A stretch of DNA of 64,000 nt from an uncultured Polycyclovorans sp. (GCA_964425915.1 CAYROO010000010.1:7314-71313); one strand, 5' to 3'. Counted from the first letter of the stretch, positions 25,902-34,504 are shown. Notes: generated by a model not told the origin, from the letters alone. Program-made: numbers and translations.

Positions 25902-27154
25902 GGCCGGGGCTACTGGGTGCCGCAGCTGCTGCGATGCTGGGCGCCCCTGAGGCCGCGCCGGCCGAAACCACCTGGGACGTCGACGCCGCAACATTGCTCT
26001 ACAGCGAATTTGATGGCCGCGTCAGCGGCATCGAGTCTCGACTCCGAGGCGGTCGCGAACTCGACGACATCCGGCAGTTGAGCCTGGGCGCGACGGTTGA
26101 CGTCCTGGTGGGCGCGTCCCCCAACGGGGCGCTGCCGGCGGACGCACCTCAAACCTTCTCGCGGCCATCCGGCAAGGGCGACTACACGACGCAAGCCGGC
26201 GATCTGCCACTGGACGATACGTTTCAGGACACCCGACTCGCACTGGACGTGGCTTACCTGCACACACTTGACGTGCTTCGCGCCAAGGCGACCGGCTTTA
26301 TCTCGGCCGAGTACGACTACCTCTCCATTGCCCTCGGTGGCGTCATCGCCAGAGACTTCAACCTCCGAAACACCACGGTGAGCCTCGGCATCAATGTGGC
26401 CCAGGACACACTGGATCCGGTGGGCGGCCCCCCGAAAGCGCTATCCATCATGCCCGCCCCCGGTCAGCCCACCGGCCGTACGGTGCGCACCCTGGAAAAG
26501 CAGGTCCACGACCTGCTGCTCAGCTTGACGCAGGTCCTCAGCGCGCAATCGCTACTGCAGGTCAGCTACTCCATGAGTCACGCACGTGGGTATCTGACCG
26601 ACCCCTATAAGGTGCTGTCGGTGGTCGACGGCCAGGGTGCGCCGCTGCGTTACGCTTACGAGGGTCGGCCAGACCGCCGCCTCAAGCAGGCCGTCTACGC
26701 CCAGTACAAACAGCTCACCGCCGGCGCTAACGTGCTCGACACGTCGGCGCGGCTGATGCGTGATGACTGGGGCCTGCAGTCGTTGACCCTGGATGTCAGC
26801 TTTCGATTCAACTTCAGGCCCGACCGCTATCTAGAACCCCATCTACGTTGGTACCGACAATCCGCCGCCGACTTTTATCGGCTCGCCTTGTTCGATGGCG
26901 AGGAGACAGCTTTGCGATTCGCCACTTCGGACCAACGCCTCGGTCGTTTCGATGCGATCACGCTGGGCCTGAAGTATGGCGGCCGGCTGCGCTCCGGTAA
27001 TGACTGGAACATCCGGCTCGAGGGGTATACCCAGATTGCCGAGATCGCAGGCCTTTCCGCGCAAGCTGCGCAAGCGCTGGCAGCGCGAGCCATCGAGCCC
27101 GAACTCGACGCGGTGATGCTCAGCGCGGGATACCGGTTTCGCTGGACACCATGA
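25892..27154 (+). CDS. DUF3570-like predicted outer-membrane beta-barrel protein, copy 1
   Basis: ATG 25892 lies inside the last codons of the DUF4266-like gene. It has a signal peptide, alternating beta-strand pattern and C-terminal ...GYRFRW. It is paralogous to 28792..30045. Confidence 0.7.
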   Translation: MQLRPGLLGAAAAAMLGAPEAAPAETTWDVDAATLLYSEFDGRVSGIESRLRGGRELDDIRQLSLGATVDVLVGASPNGALPADAPQTFSRPSGKGDYTTQAGDLPLDDTFQDTRLALDVAYLHTLDVLRAKATGFISAEYDYLSIALGGVIARDFNLRNTTVSLGINVAQDTLDPVGGPPKALSIMPAPGQPTGRTVRTLEKQVHDLLLSLTQVLSAQSLLQVSYSMSHARGYLTDPYKVLSVVDGQGAPLRYAYEGRPDRRLKQAVYAQYKQLTAGANVLDTSARLMRDDWGLQSLTLDVSFRFNFRPDRYLEPHLRWYRQSAADFYRLALFDGEETALRFATSDQRLGRFDAITLGLKYGGRLRSGNDWNIRLEGYTQIAEIAGLSAQAAQALAARAIEPELDAVMLSAGYRFRWTP

Positions 27155-28071
27155 CGACGCGCTGGACCCTTCATCCCGCAGCTGGCGGCCGCCGTTGCCG
27201 CATCCAATTTTCGGCAATGGCCTCTCCCTGTGAGATCTGGGTCGACGGCGCCTCGCCCGACACTTGGCCGGATCTCGCCGAATGCGCCTATCAGGAGGCC
27301 CATCGCATCGAGCGGAAGTGGAGCCGATATCGCGATGACAACTTGATTCACCGGATCAACTCGGCCAACGGATCTGAAACCGAAGTCGACGAAGAAACCG
27401 CGCGTCTGCTCGACTATGGCGCGGTGCTGTTCGAAGCGAGCGAGGGTCGCTTCGACCTGACGTCTGGAAGGCTACGTCAGGCATGGCGATTCGACGGCCG
27501 CCATCGTCTGCCGGACCCAAAGCAGATTGAACAGCTGCTGCACCATGTGGGCTGGCATCGGGTTCGCTGGCAGCGGCCGATTCTGCAGATGCCGGCGGGC
27601 ATGGAGGTCGATCTGGGTGGCATTGGCAAGGAGTACGCGGTCGACCGCAGCCTGGCCTTGTTGCAAGCCCATACCGATGCCGCGCTGCTGGTGAACTATG
27701 GTGGCGATCTCGCCGCCAATCGGGCGCCTGCAGGGGACAGCCCCTGGCGTGTTGGAATCGGCGATGAGGGCCAGCCGGAGGGTGGCACCCCGCTCATCCG
27801 ACTGCGCAATGGCGGCATCGCCACCAGCGGCGATGCGCACCGGTTCATCGAGGTCGATGGCATCCGATACGGGCATGTCCTAGACGCCCGCACCGGCTGG
27901 CCGCCGCCTCGGGCACCCCATTCCGTCACCGTCGCTGCCAGCACCTGTAGTCAGGCGGGCAGCCTGTCAACCCTGGCCATGCTGAGCGGCACCGGTGCGG
28001 AAGCCTTTCTGCGCGATCAAGGTGTCGACTTCCATGTCCAGCGCGCCACCGCCGGGGCATCCCCGGGTTAA
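27151..28071 (+). CDS. apbE: FAD:protein FMN transferase (ApbE family)
   Basis: DLGGIGKEYA, IATSGD and YGHVLDARTG motifs. The start overlaps the upstream stop (ATGA). No N-terminal signal peptide or lipobox is evident. Confidence 0.85.
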   Translation: MTTRWTLHPAAGGRRCRIQFSAMASPCEIWVDGASPDTWPDLAECAYQEAHRIERKWSRYRDDNLIHRINSANGSETEVDEETARLLDYGAVLFEASEGRFDLTSGRLRQAWRFDGRHRLPDPKQIEQLLHHVGWHRVRWQRPILQMPAGMEVDLGGIGKEYAVDRSLALLQAHTDAALLVNYGGDLAANRAPAGDSPWRVGIGDEGQPEGGTPLIRLRNGGIATSGDAHRFIEVDGIRYGHVLDARTGWPPPRAPHSVTVAASTCSQAGSLSTLAMLSGTGAEAFLRDQGVDFHVQRATAGASPG

Positions 28072-28148
28072 CGAATGTTCATGTCCTCAACAGGCTGGGG
28101 ACAGACCGCAAAGCGGACACTGGCACTTCATCAACAGCGTGGAGTGTC

Positions 28149-28592
28149 ATGTCAAAACTGTCGACCCTGCTGGGCGGCTTGCTGATTGGATTTTCAGCCG
28201 TGGCCGCCGCCAACCCGGCCCTGGAGGTCCTCAAGCCCTACCGCGGCAAACCGGTATACGTTGATTTCTGGGCCTCCTGGTGCGTGCCCTGCGCGCAATC
28301 GTTCCCATGGCTCAATGACATGCGCTCACGGTATGGCGACGACATCCAGTTTGTCGGCGTCAATGTGGATGAACATCGACGGGATGCCGACCGATTCCTG
28401 AAACGCCACCCCGCCCAGTTCGATCTGCTGTTCGATCCCGCAGGCGCGATGGCCACTCATTTCGCGCTGGAAGGCATGCCAAGCGCCGTGATTCTCGATG
28501 CCAACGGTCAGGTGCTGTGGCAACACAGCGGCTTCCGCGCTGCAGAAACCCCGAACTACGAACAGGCGATTCAGGAGGCCATTCGTCCATGA
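28149..28592 (+). CDS. TlpA-like periplasmic thiol:disulfide oxidoreductase (thioredoxin fold)
   Basis: Signal peptide plus the WASWCVPCAQSFPW CxxC motif. 147 aa. Confidence 0.85.
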   Translation: MSKLSTLLGGLLIGFSAVAAANPALEVLKPYRGKPVYVDFWASWCVPCAQSFPWLNDMRSRYGDDIQFVGVNVDEHRRDADRFLKRHPAQFDLLFDPAGAMATHFALEGMPSAVILDANGQVLWQHSGFRAAETPNYEQAIQEAIRP

Positions 28593-28801
28593 TCAAGCGA
28601 CTTTCCCTCACGCTGGCCCTGGCGCTGATCGCCAGCGCCTGTGCGCCGGTGCAACCCTGGCAACGCGGCACCCTCGCGCGGCCGGACATGCAGCTCGTGA
28701 CCGACCCGGCCCAGGCCGCTTTTGAAGACCACACCTATTTCAGCAAGGAAGCCTCCAGCGGCGGCCGTGGCTTTGGCGGAGGGGGCTGCGGATGCAACTG
28801 A
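28589..28801 (+). CDS. DUF4266-like small lipoprotein, copy 2
   Basis: ATG overlaps the TlpA-like stop (ATGA). Lipobox LIASAC. The mature region is 46/53 identical to copy 1 and ends in the same GGGGCGCN. Confidence 0.7.
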   Translation: MIKRLSLTLALALIASACAPVQPWQRGTLARPDMQLVTDPAQAAFEDHTYFSKEASSGGRGFGGGGCGCN

Positions 28802-30045
28802 AACCGAATGCCTTGAGCGCGGCCGCGCTCGCCCTACTGGGGTCGACGGGCACCCAGGCTGCCGATACCGGCAAATGGCAATTCGACGCCGCCACCCTCG
28901 TCTACAGTGAGGCTGACAGCCGCGTTCAGGCAGTCGAGCCGAAGCTGCGCGCCACCCGCGCGCTCGACAATGACCGGAGCATCAGCGCGGCCGTGACAGT
29001 CGACGTCCTCACCGGCGCCTCCCCCAACGGCGCCGCCCCCGCCGACAGCCCACAGACCTTCACCAGCGCCTCCGGCAACAAGCCCTACACGGTAGACGCG
29101 TTCGAAACGCCACTGGATGACGACTTCCGTGACACCCGTGTGGCAGTGGACGGCAGCTTCACCACGCCGGTGGGCGATCAGACCCTGACCACATCACTGG
29201 CGGCATCCAAGGAATACGATTACCTGTCGATCTCTGCAGGTGCGGTGCTGTCGAAGGACTTCAACCGCAACAACACCACGGTCAGTGCCGGCATCAACGT
29301 GGCCAACGACACCATTGATGCCGTCGGCGGAGCGCCAGTGCCGCTGTCGGTGATGCCAGCGCCCGGCAATCCACGGCCAGAAACAACCGAAACCAAGCAG
29401 ATCTACGATCTGTTGTTCAGTGTGACGCAGGTGCTATCGCCGGTCAGTCTGATGCAGATCAGCTACTCGCTGAGCCAGTCGGACGGCTATCTCAACGATC
29501 CTTACAAACTGCTGTCGGTGGTGGACGCCAACGGGGACCCATTGCGCTACGTCTACGAATCTCGACCGGACACGCGCCTCAAGCATGCGCTGTTCGCGCA
29601 GTACAAGCGTTTTGTATTCGGGCGCGACGTGATCGACGTATCACTCCGACTCATGAGCGACGACTGGGGTATCACGTCCGAAACCCTGGATACCACCTAC
29701 CGCTGGAACTTCTCCGAAACCCGATACCTGGAGCCGCACCTCCGCTACTATCGTCAAAGCGAAGCCGATTTCTATCGGGCGGCCTTGTTCGACGGTGAGG
29801 AGAACACGCTGACCGAGGCCAGTGCAGATCCGCGCCTCGGCCAGTTCGATGCCGTCACGGTGGGCTTGAAGTATGGCCAAACCCTCCCCAGCGGTAACGA
29901 GTGGAATGTGCGCCTTGAGGCGTACACCCAGCTCGGCAAGACCAGCGGGGTACCCGCACAGGCCGCTGCCGGACTCAGCCGTTTCGACCTGGAGCCTACG
30001 CTCGATGCGCTGATGCTCACTGCGGGCTACCGCTTCAGCTGGTAG
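28792..30045 (+). CDS. DUF3570-like predicted outer-membrane beta-barrel protein, copy 2
   Basis: It has the same 10-nt overlap (ATGCAACTGA) with its DUF4266-like partner as copy 1. It also has a signal peptide and a C-terminal GYRFSW. Confidence 0.7.
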   Translation: MQLKPNALSAAALALLGSTGTQAADTGKWQFDAATLVYSEADSRVQAVEPKLRATRALDNDRSISAAVTVDVLTGASPNGAAPADSPQTFTSASGNKPYTVDAFETPLDDDFRDTRVAVDGSFTTPVGDQTLTTSLAASKEYDYLSISAGAVLSKDFNRNNTTVSAGINVANDTIDAVGGAPVPLSVMPAPGNPRPETTETKQIYDLLFSVTQVLSPVSLMQISYSLSQSDGYLNDPYKLLSVVDANGDPLRYVYESRPDTRLKHALFAQYKRFVFGRDVIDVSLRLMSDDWGITSETLDTTYRWNFSETRYLEPHLRYYRQSEADFYRAALFDGEENTLTEASADPRLGQFDAVTVGLKYGQTLPSGNEWNVRLEAYTQLGKTSGVPAQAAAGLSRFDLEPTLDALMLTAGYRFSW

Positions 30046-30144
30046 GACAGCGGGCGCGTGAACGAGACCCGCCCGGTGTCGACAACCGGCTACCCTATGC
30101 AGGCTGACGATTCGGTCAGCCTGCCGCGGGGGAGCGGCTGTACC

Positions 30145-30828
30145 ATGCGGATCTTGATCATCGAAGATGACGCCGAGCAGGCGCGTTTCCTGCTCAAGGG
30201 CTTGCGCGAAAGCGGGCATCGGGTGGACCACGCCGCCAACGGCCGTGACGGTCTGTTTCTGGCCGTCTCAGAGCCCTACGACCTGTGTATCGTCGACCGC
30301 ATGCTGCCGCAGATGGACGGGCTCGCCGTGATCACGGCTTTGCGTGCCGCCGGCCAGCAGACGCCGGTCATCATCCTGTCAGCCCTCGGACAGGTCGACG
30401 ACCGCGTGCGCGGGCTGAAGGCGGGCGGCGATGACTATATCGTCAAGCCCTATGCCTTCCAGGAGTTGCTGGCACGAATCGAGGCCATCACCCGTCGAGG
30501 CAGCCCGACGGTGGCGGCTGAGGCAACTGTGCTGCGGGTTGCCGACCTTGAACTCGACCGCCTGTCGCGAACCGTGCGCCGCGGCGCCCACACCATCGAT
30601 CTCAAGCCGCAGGAATACCGCCTGCTGGAATACCTGATGCGTCACGCCGGCCAGGTGGTCACCCGCACCATGCTGCTGGAGGGGGTCTGGGACTACCACT
30701 TCGATCCGCAGACCAATGTCATTGACGTCCACATTTCACGCCTGCGCGCCCGAATCGACCCGGCCGGCAATCGACCGTTGATCCATACCATCCGCGGCGC
30801 TGGCTATTGTCTTCGGGACGAAAGCTGA
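30145..30828 (+). CDS. OmpR-family response regulator
   Basis: MRILIIEDD receiver start, the phospho-acceptor region IVDRMLPQMDG, and a C-terminal winged-helix domain (LKPQEYRLLEYL...IHTIRGAGY). The internal ATG was chosen over ORF start 30058. Confidence 0.88.
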   Translation: MRILIIEDDAEQARFLLKGLRESGHRVDHAANGRDGLFLAVSEPYDLCIVDRMLPQMDGLAVITALRAAGQQTPVIILSALGQVDDRVRGLKAGGDDYIVKPYAFQELLARIEAITRRGSPTVAAEATVLRVADLELDRLSRTVRRGAHTIDLKPQEYRLLEYLMRHAGQVVTRTMLLEGVWDYHFDPQTNVIDVHISRLRARIDPAGNRPLIHTIRGAGYCLRDES

Positions 30829-32216
30829 TGACCTGGCGCTTCCGCCCGGGCCTTCTGCTCCGGCTTGCGCTGACCAATGCCCTAGTGTTCAGTGTGGGCG
30901 CCGGCCTGGTCATCTTCAGCATCACCTCGCTCAGCCTGAAGTACCTGCAGGGTCACCTCGACGAAAGCGTCACCGCAGAACTGGAGATCCTGGAGTCTGA
31001 CTACGTGATCGACGGGCTCACGGGTGTGGTCGGACTCATCCGTGAACGCGACCGTCTCGAATCCGCATGGCATGGCCGGATCTATCGCCTGGAAACACCG
31101 GACGGCCAGGTGCTCGCGGGCGACTTCCCGCACTGGCCGGAAGCCCTCGACATCGGCGCGGGGCCCATTGCAACATCGGCACAGATCACGCCCGGGGCGC
31201 CGATAACCGAGTGGATGATGGCCGCCCGCCTGCTACCCGGCGGCGAACGCCTGCTGGTCGGCTTTGATCGTACCGAGACGCTCGCGCTGTCTTCGCAGAT
31301 CCGTCGTGCTGCCGGGTGGAGCATCCCCCTGGCGGTGCTGCTGGCGGTGATCGGCAGCATTGCCGCCAACCGCACCGCAGCACGGCAGATCCGCACCATC
31401 GATGCCAGTGCGCGACGCATCGTCGAGGGTGACTTGCGGCACCGTATTCCGCTACAGGGCAGCGGTGATGAACTGGACCGCCTGACCCAGACCCTCAACA
31501 CCATGCTCGACCGGATCAATGACCTGATCGCCGCGACCCGGGGCGCCACCGACGCCATTGCGCACGACCTGCGCACGCCGCTCGCGCGCTTGCGCGTGGC
31601 GCTGGAAGATGCCCAGCCGCACCCGCCGAGTGCAGATCAGTGGCATCCCTGGCTACAGGACCGTGTCGATGACATAGACCGCGTACTCGGCAGCTTCTCG
31701 GCACTGCTGCAACTGGCCACGGTGGAGTCGGGCGTGCTGAGAACCCAATTCCAGTCCGTGGGCCTGGCGACGGTGGTCAGTGACGTGGTGTCCCTGTACG
31801 AGGCGGTGGCCGCTGACGCGGACTGCACCCTGAGATTCAGCGCAGTAGAGGGCAATACGCCCATCATGGGCGACCGCCACCTGCTGTTTCAGGCCATCGC
31901 CAATCTGCTCGACAATGCCCTCAAGTTCACGCCGAAGGGCGGTCAGATCCAAATACGGCTCACGCGCGAAGGCAGCCACCTCCAGTTGGAGGTCGAGGAC
32001 AGCGGTCCGGGCATTCCCACCGGCGACGAGGAGCGGGTATTCGAGCGGCTGTTCCGCCACGACCACGCACGCCAGTCTGCCGGCTTTGGTCTGGGGCTCA
32101 GCCTGGTCCGCGCAATCGCGCGCCTGCATGACGGCGACTGCGTGGTGGTGCCGAAGGCGCAGGGCGCGCTGTTGCGGATCCGCCTACCGGTAGCTCAGAG
32201 AAACTCGCAGAGGTAG
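30828..32216 (+). CDS. Sensor histidine kinase (two TM segments, HAMP, HisKA, HATPase)
   Basis: H-box IAHDLRTPL, N-box LLDNALKFT, G-boxes DSGPGI and GFGLGLS. The start overlaps the response-regulator stop by 1 nt. Confidence 0.88.
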   Translation: MTWRFRPGLLLRLALTNALVFSVGAGLVIFSITSLSLKYLQGHLDESVTAELEILESDYVIDGLTGVVGLIRERDRLESAWHGRIYRLETPDGQVLAGDFPHWPEALDIGAGPIATSAQITPGAPITEWMMAARLLPGGERLLVGFDRTETLALSSQIRRAAGWSIPLAVLLAVIGSIAANRTAARQIRTIDASARRIVEGDLRHRIPLQGSGDELDRLTQTLNTMLDRINDLIAATRGATDAIAHDLRTPLARLRVALEDAQPHPPSADQWHPWLQDRVDDIDRVLGSFSALLQLATVESGVLRTQFQSVGLATVVSDVVSLYEAVAADADCTLRFSAVEGNTPIMGDRHLLFQAIANLLDNALKFTPKGGQIQIRLTREGSHLQLEVEDSGPGIPTGDEERVFERLFRHDHARQSAGFGLGLSLVRAIARLHDGDCVVVPKAQGALLRIRLPVAQRNSQR

Positions 32217-32476
32217 GCGGCGGGCCCGTCCACCGGGCTGACGTCGAAGCCGCTGTTGGCGGCGATTTCGAAAGCGGTGCCGGCCGGGTATAGCGCCCAT
32301 TCGCCTGCGTCCGGCCGCACCCGCAGCTGCCCACTGACCACGGTCATGCGCTCTGCCGCCTCGGTGCCGAAGTGGTAGGTCCCGGGGGCAATGACACCAA
32401 CCGTGGCCCGACGACCATGACGTTCGTATCCGACACTCTGGACGCCGCCATCGAAATAGCTGTTGTGCTTGAGCAT
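32195..32476 (-). CDS. ppnP: Pyrimidine/purine nucleoside phosphorylase PpnP (YaiE/DUF1255 family)
   Basis: 93-aa core MLKHNSYFDGGVQSVG...GTYHFGT...E.M.VVSG is characteristic of PpnP. The start is set at the internal ATG. Confidence 0.8.
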   Translation of the reverse strand: MLKHNSYFDGGVQSVGYERHGRRATVGVIAPGTYHFGTEAAERMTVVSGQLRVRPDAGEWALYPAGTAFEIAANSGFDVSPVDGPAAYLCEFL

Positions 32477-32580
32477 ATCGCCTCTGATCAATGAGAAATA
32501 CCGTGAAGGGCGGCGCATTGTAGCGGCACGATGGCCTACACTTTGCTTCCCTGAAATCACTCCCGAGCAGGAACGCTGTC

Positions 32581-33345
32581 GTGATCAAACGCGTGGTATT
32601 CAACCAGAAGGGCGGTGTCGGCAAGACCACCATCGTCGCCAATCTCGCCGCCATCGCCGCCAGCCGCGGTCTACGCACCCTGGTGATCGATCTCGACACC
32701 CAGGGGAACGCCAGCCAGTACCTGCTGGGCTCGTCGGTCACCCCGGCCGAGACCATCGCGGACTTCTTCGAGGGCACGCTGTCGTTCTCGCTCAGTCAGC
32801 CGGGGTTTGCCAGCTTTGCCACCGCCACCCCGTTCGACAACCTCGATGTTGTGGCCGCCAGCCCACGACTCGATGAGCTGATCGTCAAACTGGAAGCCAA
32901 GCAGAAGATCTATAAGCTGCGGGACGCCCTGCGCAAGCTGCGGGGCTACGATGCGGTGTTCATCGACACCCCACCCGCGCTGAACTTCTACAGCCGCTCC
33001 GCCCTGATTGCGGCGGACCGGGTGCTGATCCCCTTTGACTGCGACGAGTTCGCCCGCCAGGCGCTGTATACGTTGTTGGAGAACCTGCAGGAGCTGAAGG
33101 CCGACCACAATGAAGACCTGCAGGTCGAAGGCATCGTGGTCAACCAGTTCCAGTCGCGCTCGCGGCTGCCGCAACGGCTGGTCGACGAGCTGCGCGAGGA
33201 GGGTCACCCCGTGATGGCGCAGACGCTGTCCAGCTCGGTGAAGGTCAAGGAGTCCCACGAGCACCACCGCCCGCTGGTGTGGGAGGATCCCCGCCATCGC
33301 GTTACCCAGGAGTACCTGGCGCTGTTTGCGGCGCTGGACGCCTGA
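32581..33345 (+). CDS. ParA/Soj-family ATPase (orphan; no adjacent parB)
   Basis: Deviant Walker A motif NQKGGVGKTT, and Walker B motif VFIDTPP. 254 aa. Confidence 0.85.
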   Translation: MIKRVVFNQKGGVGKTTIVANLAAIAASRGLRTLVIDLDTQGNASQYLLGSSVTPAETIADFFEGTLSFSLSQPGFASFATATPFDNLDVVAASPRLDELIVKLEAKQKIYKLRDALRKLRGYDAVFIDTPPALNFYSRSALIAADRVLIPFDCDEFARQALYTLLENLQELKADHNEDLQVEGIVVNQFQSRSRLPQRLVDELREEGHPVMAQTLSSSVKVKESHEHHRPLVWEDPRHRVTQEYLALFAALDA

Positions 33346-33376
33346 GCCCCAGTCTGACCGGGGGCGCCGGCCAGCC

Positions 33377-34504
33377 TCAGGGCTTGAGGTGGTCGTCGAA
33401 GAAGCGCTTGGCCTTGTCCAGCCAGGAGGTGGTTTCCGGATTGTGGCGGGCGCCGTCGCCGGCGAGCGTCTCACCCAGCTCGCGCAGCAGTTCACGCTGA
33501 CGCTTGCCGAGATTGACCGGCGTTTCCACCCGCACATTGCAGAGCAGGTCCCCCTGCCCGGCACCTCGGACCGACTTCACCCCGAGGCCGCGAAGGCGGA
33601 AGGTCTTGCCGGTCTGCGTGCCCTCGGGAATCTTCAGTGCAGCGCGTCCATCCAGGGTGGGCACCTCAAGCTCGCCACCCAGCGCGGCGGTAACCATGCT
33701 CACCGGCACCGTGCAGTAGAGGTCGTTACCCTCCCGCTCGAAAAAGTCATGCGGGCGGACGTTGATCTGGACGTAGAGATCGCCCGCGCCGGCACCGGTC
33801 TCGCCGGGCTCGCCCTCACCGGACAGGCGGATCCGGTCGCCAGTGTCCACACCGGGGGGCACCTTGACCTGCAGGGTCTTGTCGGTCTGCACCTTGCCCG
33901 CGCCGCGACAACTGCGGCAGGGGTCGGTCACCATCGTGCCGCGCCCGCGGCAATGGGGACAGGTCTGCTGCATGACAAAGAAGCCCTGCTGGACCCGCAC
34001 CTTGCCGGTGCCGCGACAGGTCCCGCACGTGCTGGGCGCCTTGCCGTCGGCGGTGCCGTGGCCGTGGCAGGGCTCACAGTTGTTCCAGGTGGGAATGCGA
34101 ATGGTTTCCTCAGTGCCGAACGCCGCCTGCTCCAGAGACAGTTCCATCATGTAGCGCAAATCGGCTCCGCGGCGCGGACCGCCACGGCCGGCGCCGCCGA
34201 AGATGTCCGAGAAGACGTCACCGAAGATGTCCGAGAACCCGGCGCCGCCGAAGCCGCCACCACCGCCCCCACCGCCGCGGTTCAGACCATCATGGCCGTA
34301 CTTGTCGTACACCGCGCGTTTTTGGGTATCGCTGAGCACCTCGTAGGCCTCGCTGGCCTCCTTGAACGCTTCTTCGGCTTCGGCATTGCCGGGATTACGA
34401 TCCGGGTGATGTTTCATCGCCAAACGGCGATACGCCTTCTTGATGGCGTCGTCGGCGGCATCACGGCCGACGCCGAGCACCTCGTAGTAGTCGCGTTTGG
34501 TCAT
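33377..34504 (-). CDS. dnaJ: Molecular chaperone DnaJ
   Basis: J-domain with HPD, a G/F-rich region, and four CxxCxGxG zinc-finger repeats. Confidence 0.97.
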   Translation of the reverse strand: MTKRDYYEVLGVGRDAADDAIKKAYRRLAMKHHPDRNPGNAEAEEAFKEASEAYEVLSDTQKRAVYDKYGHDGLNRGGGGGGGGFGGAGFSDIFGDVFSDIFGGAGRGGPRRGADLRYMMELSLEQAAFGTEETIRIPTWNNCEPCHGHGTADGKAPSTCGTCRGTGKVRVQQGFFVMQQTCPHCRGRGTMVTDPCRSCRGAGKVQTDKTLQVKVPPGVDTGDRIRLSGEGEPGETGAGAGDLYVQINVRPHDFFEREGNDLYCTVPVSMVTAALGGELEVPTLDGRAALKIPEGTQTGKTFRLRGLGVKSVRGAGQGDLLCNVRVETPVNLGKRQRELLRELGETLAGDGARHNPETTSWLDKAKRFFDDHLKP

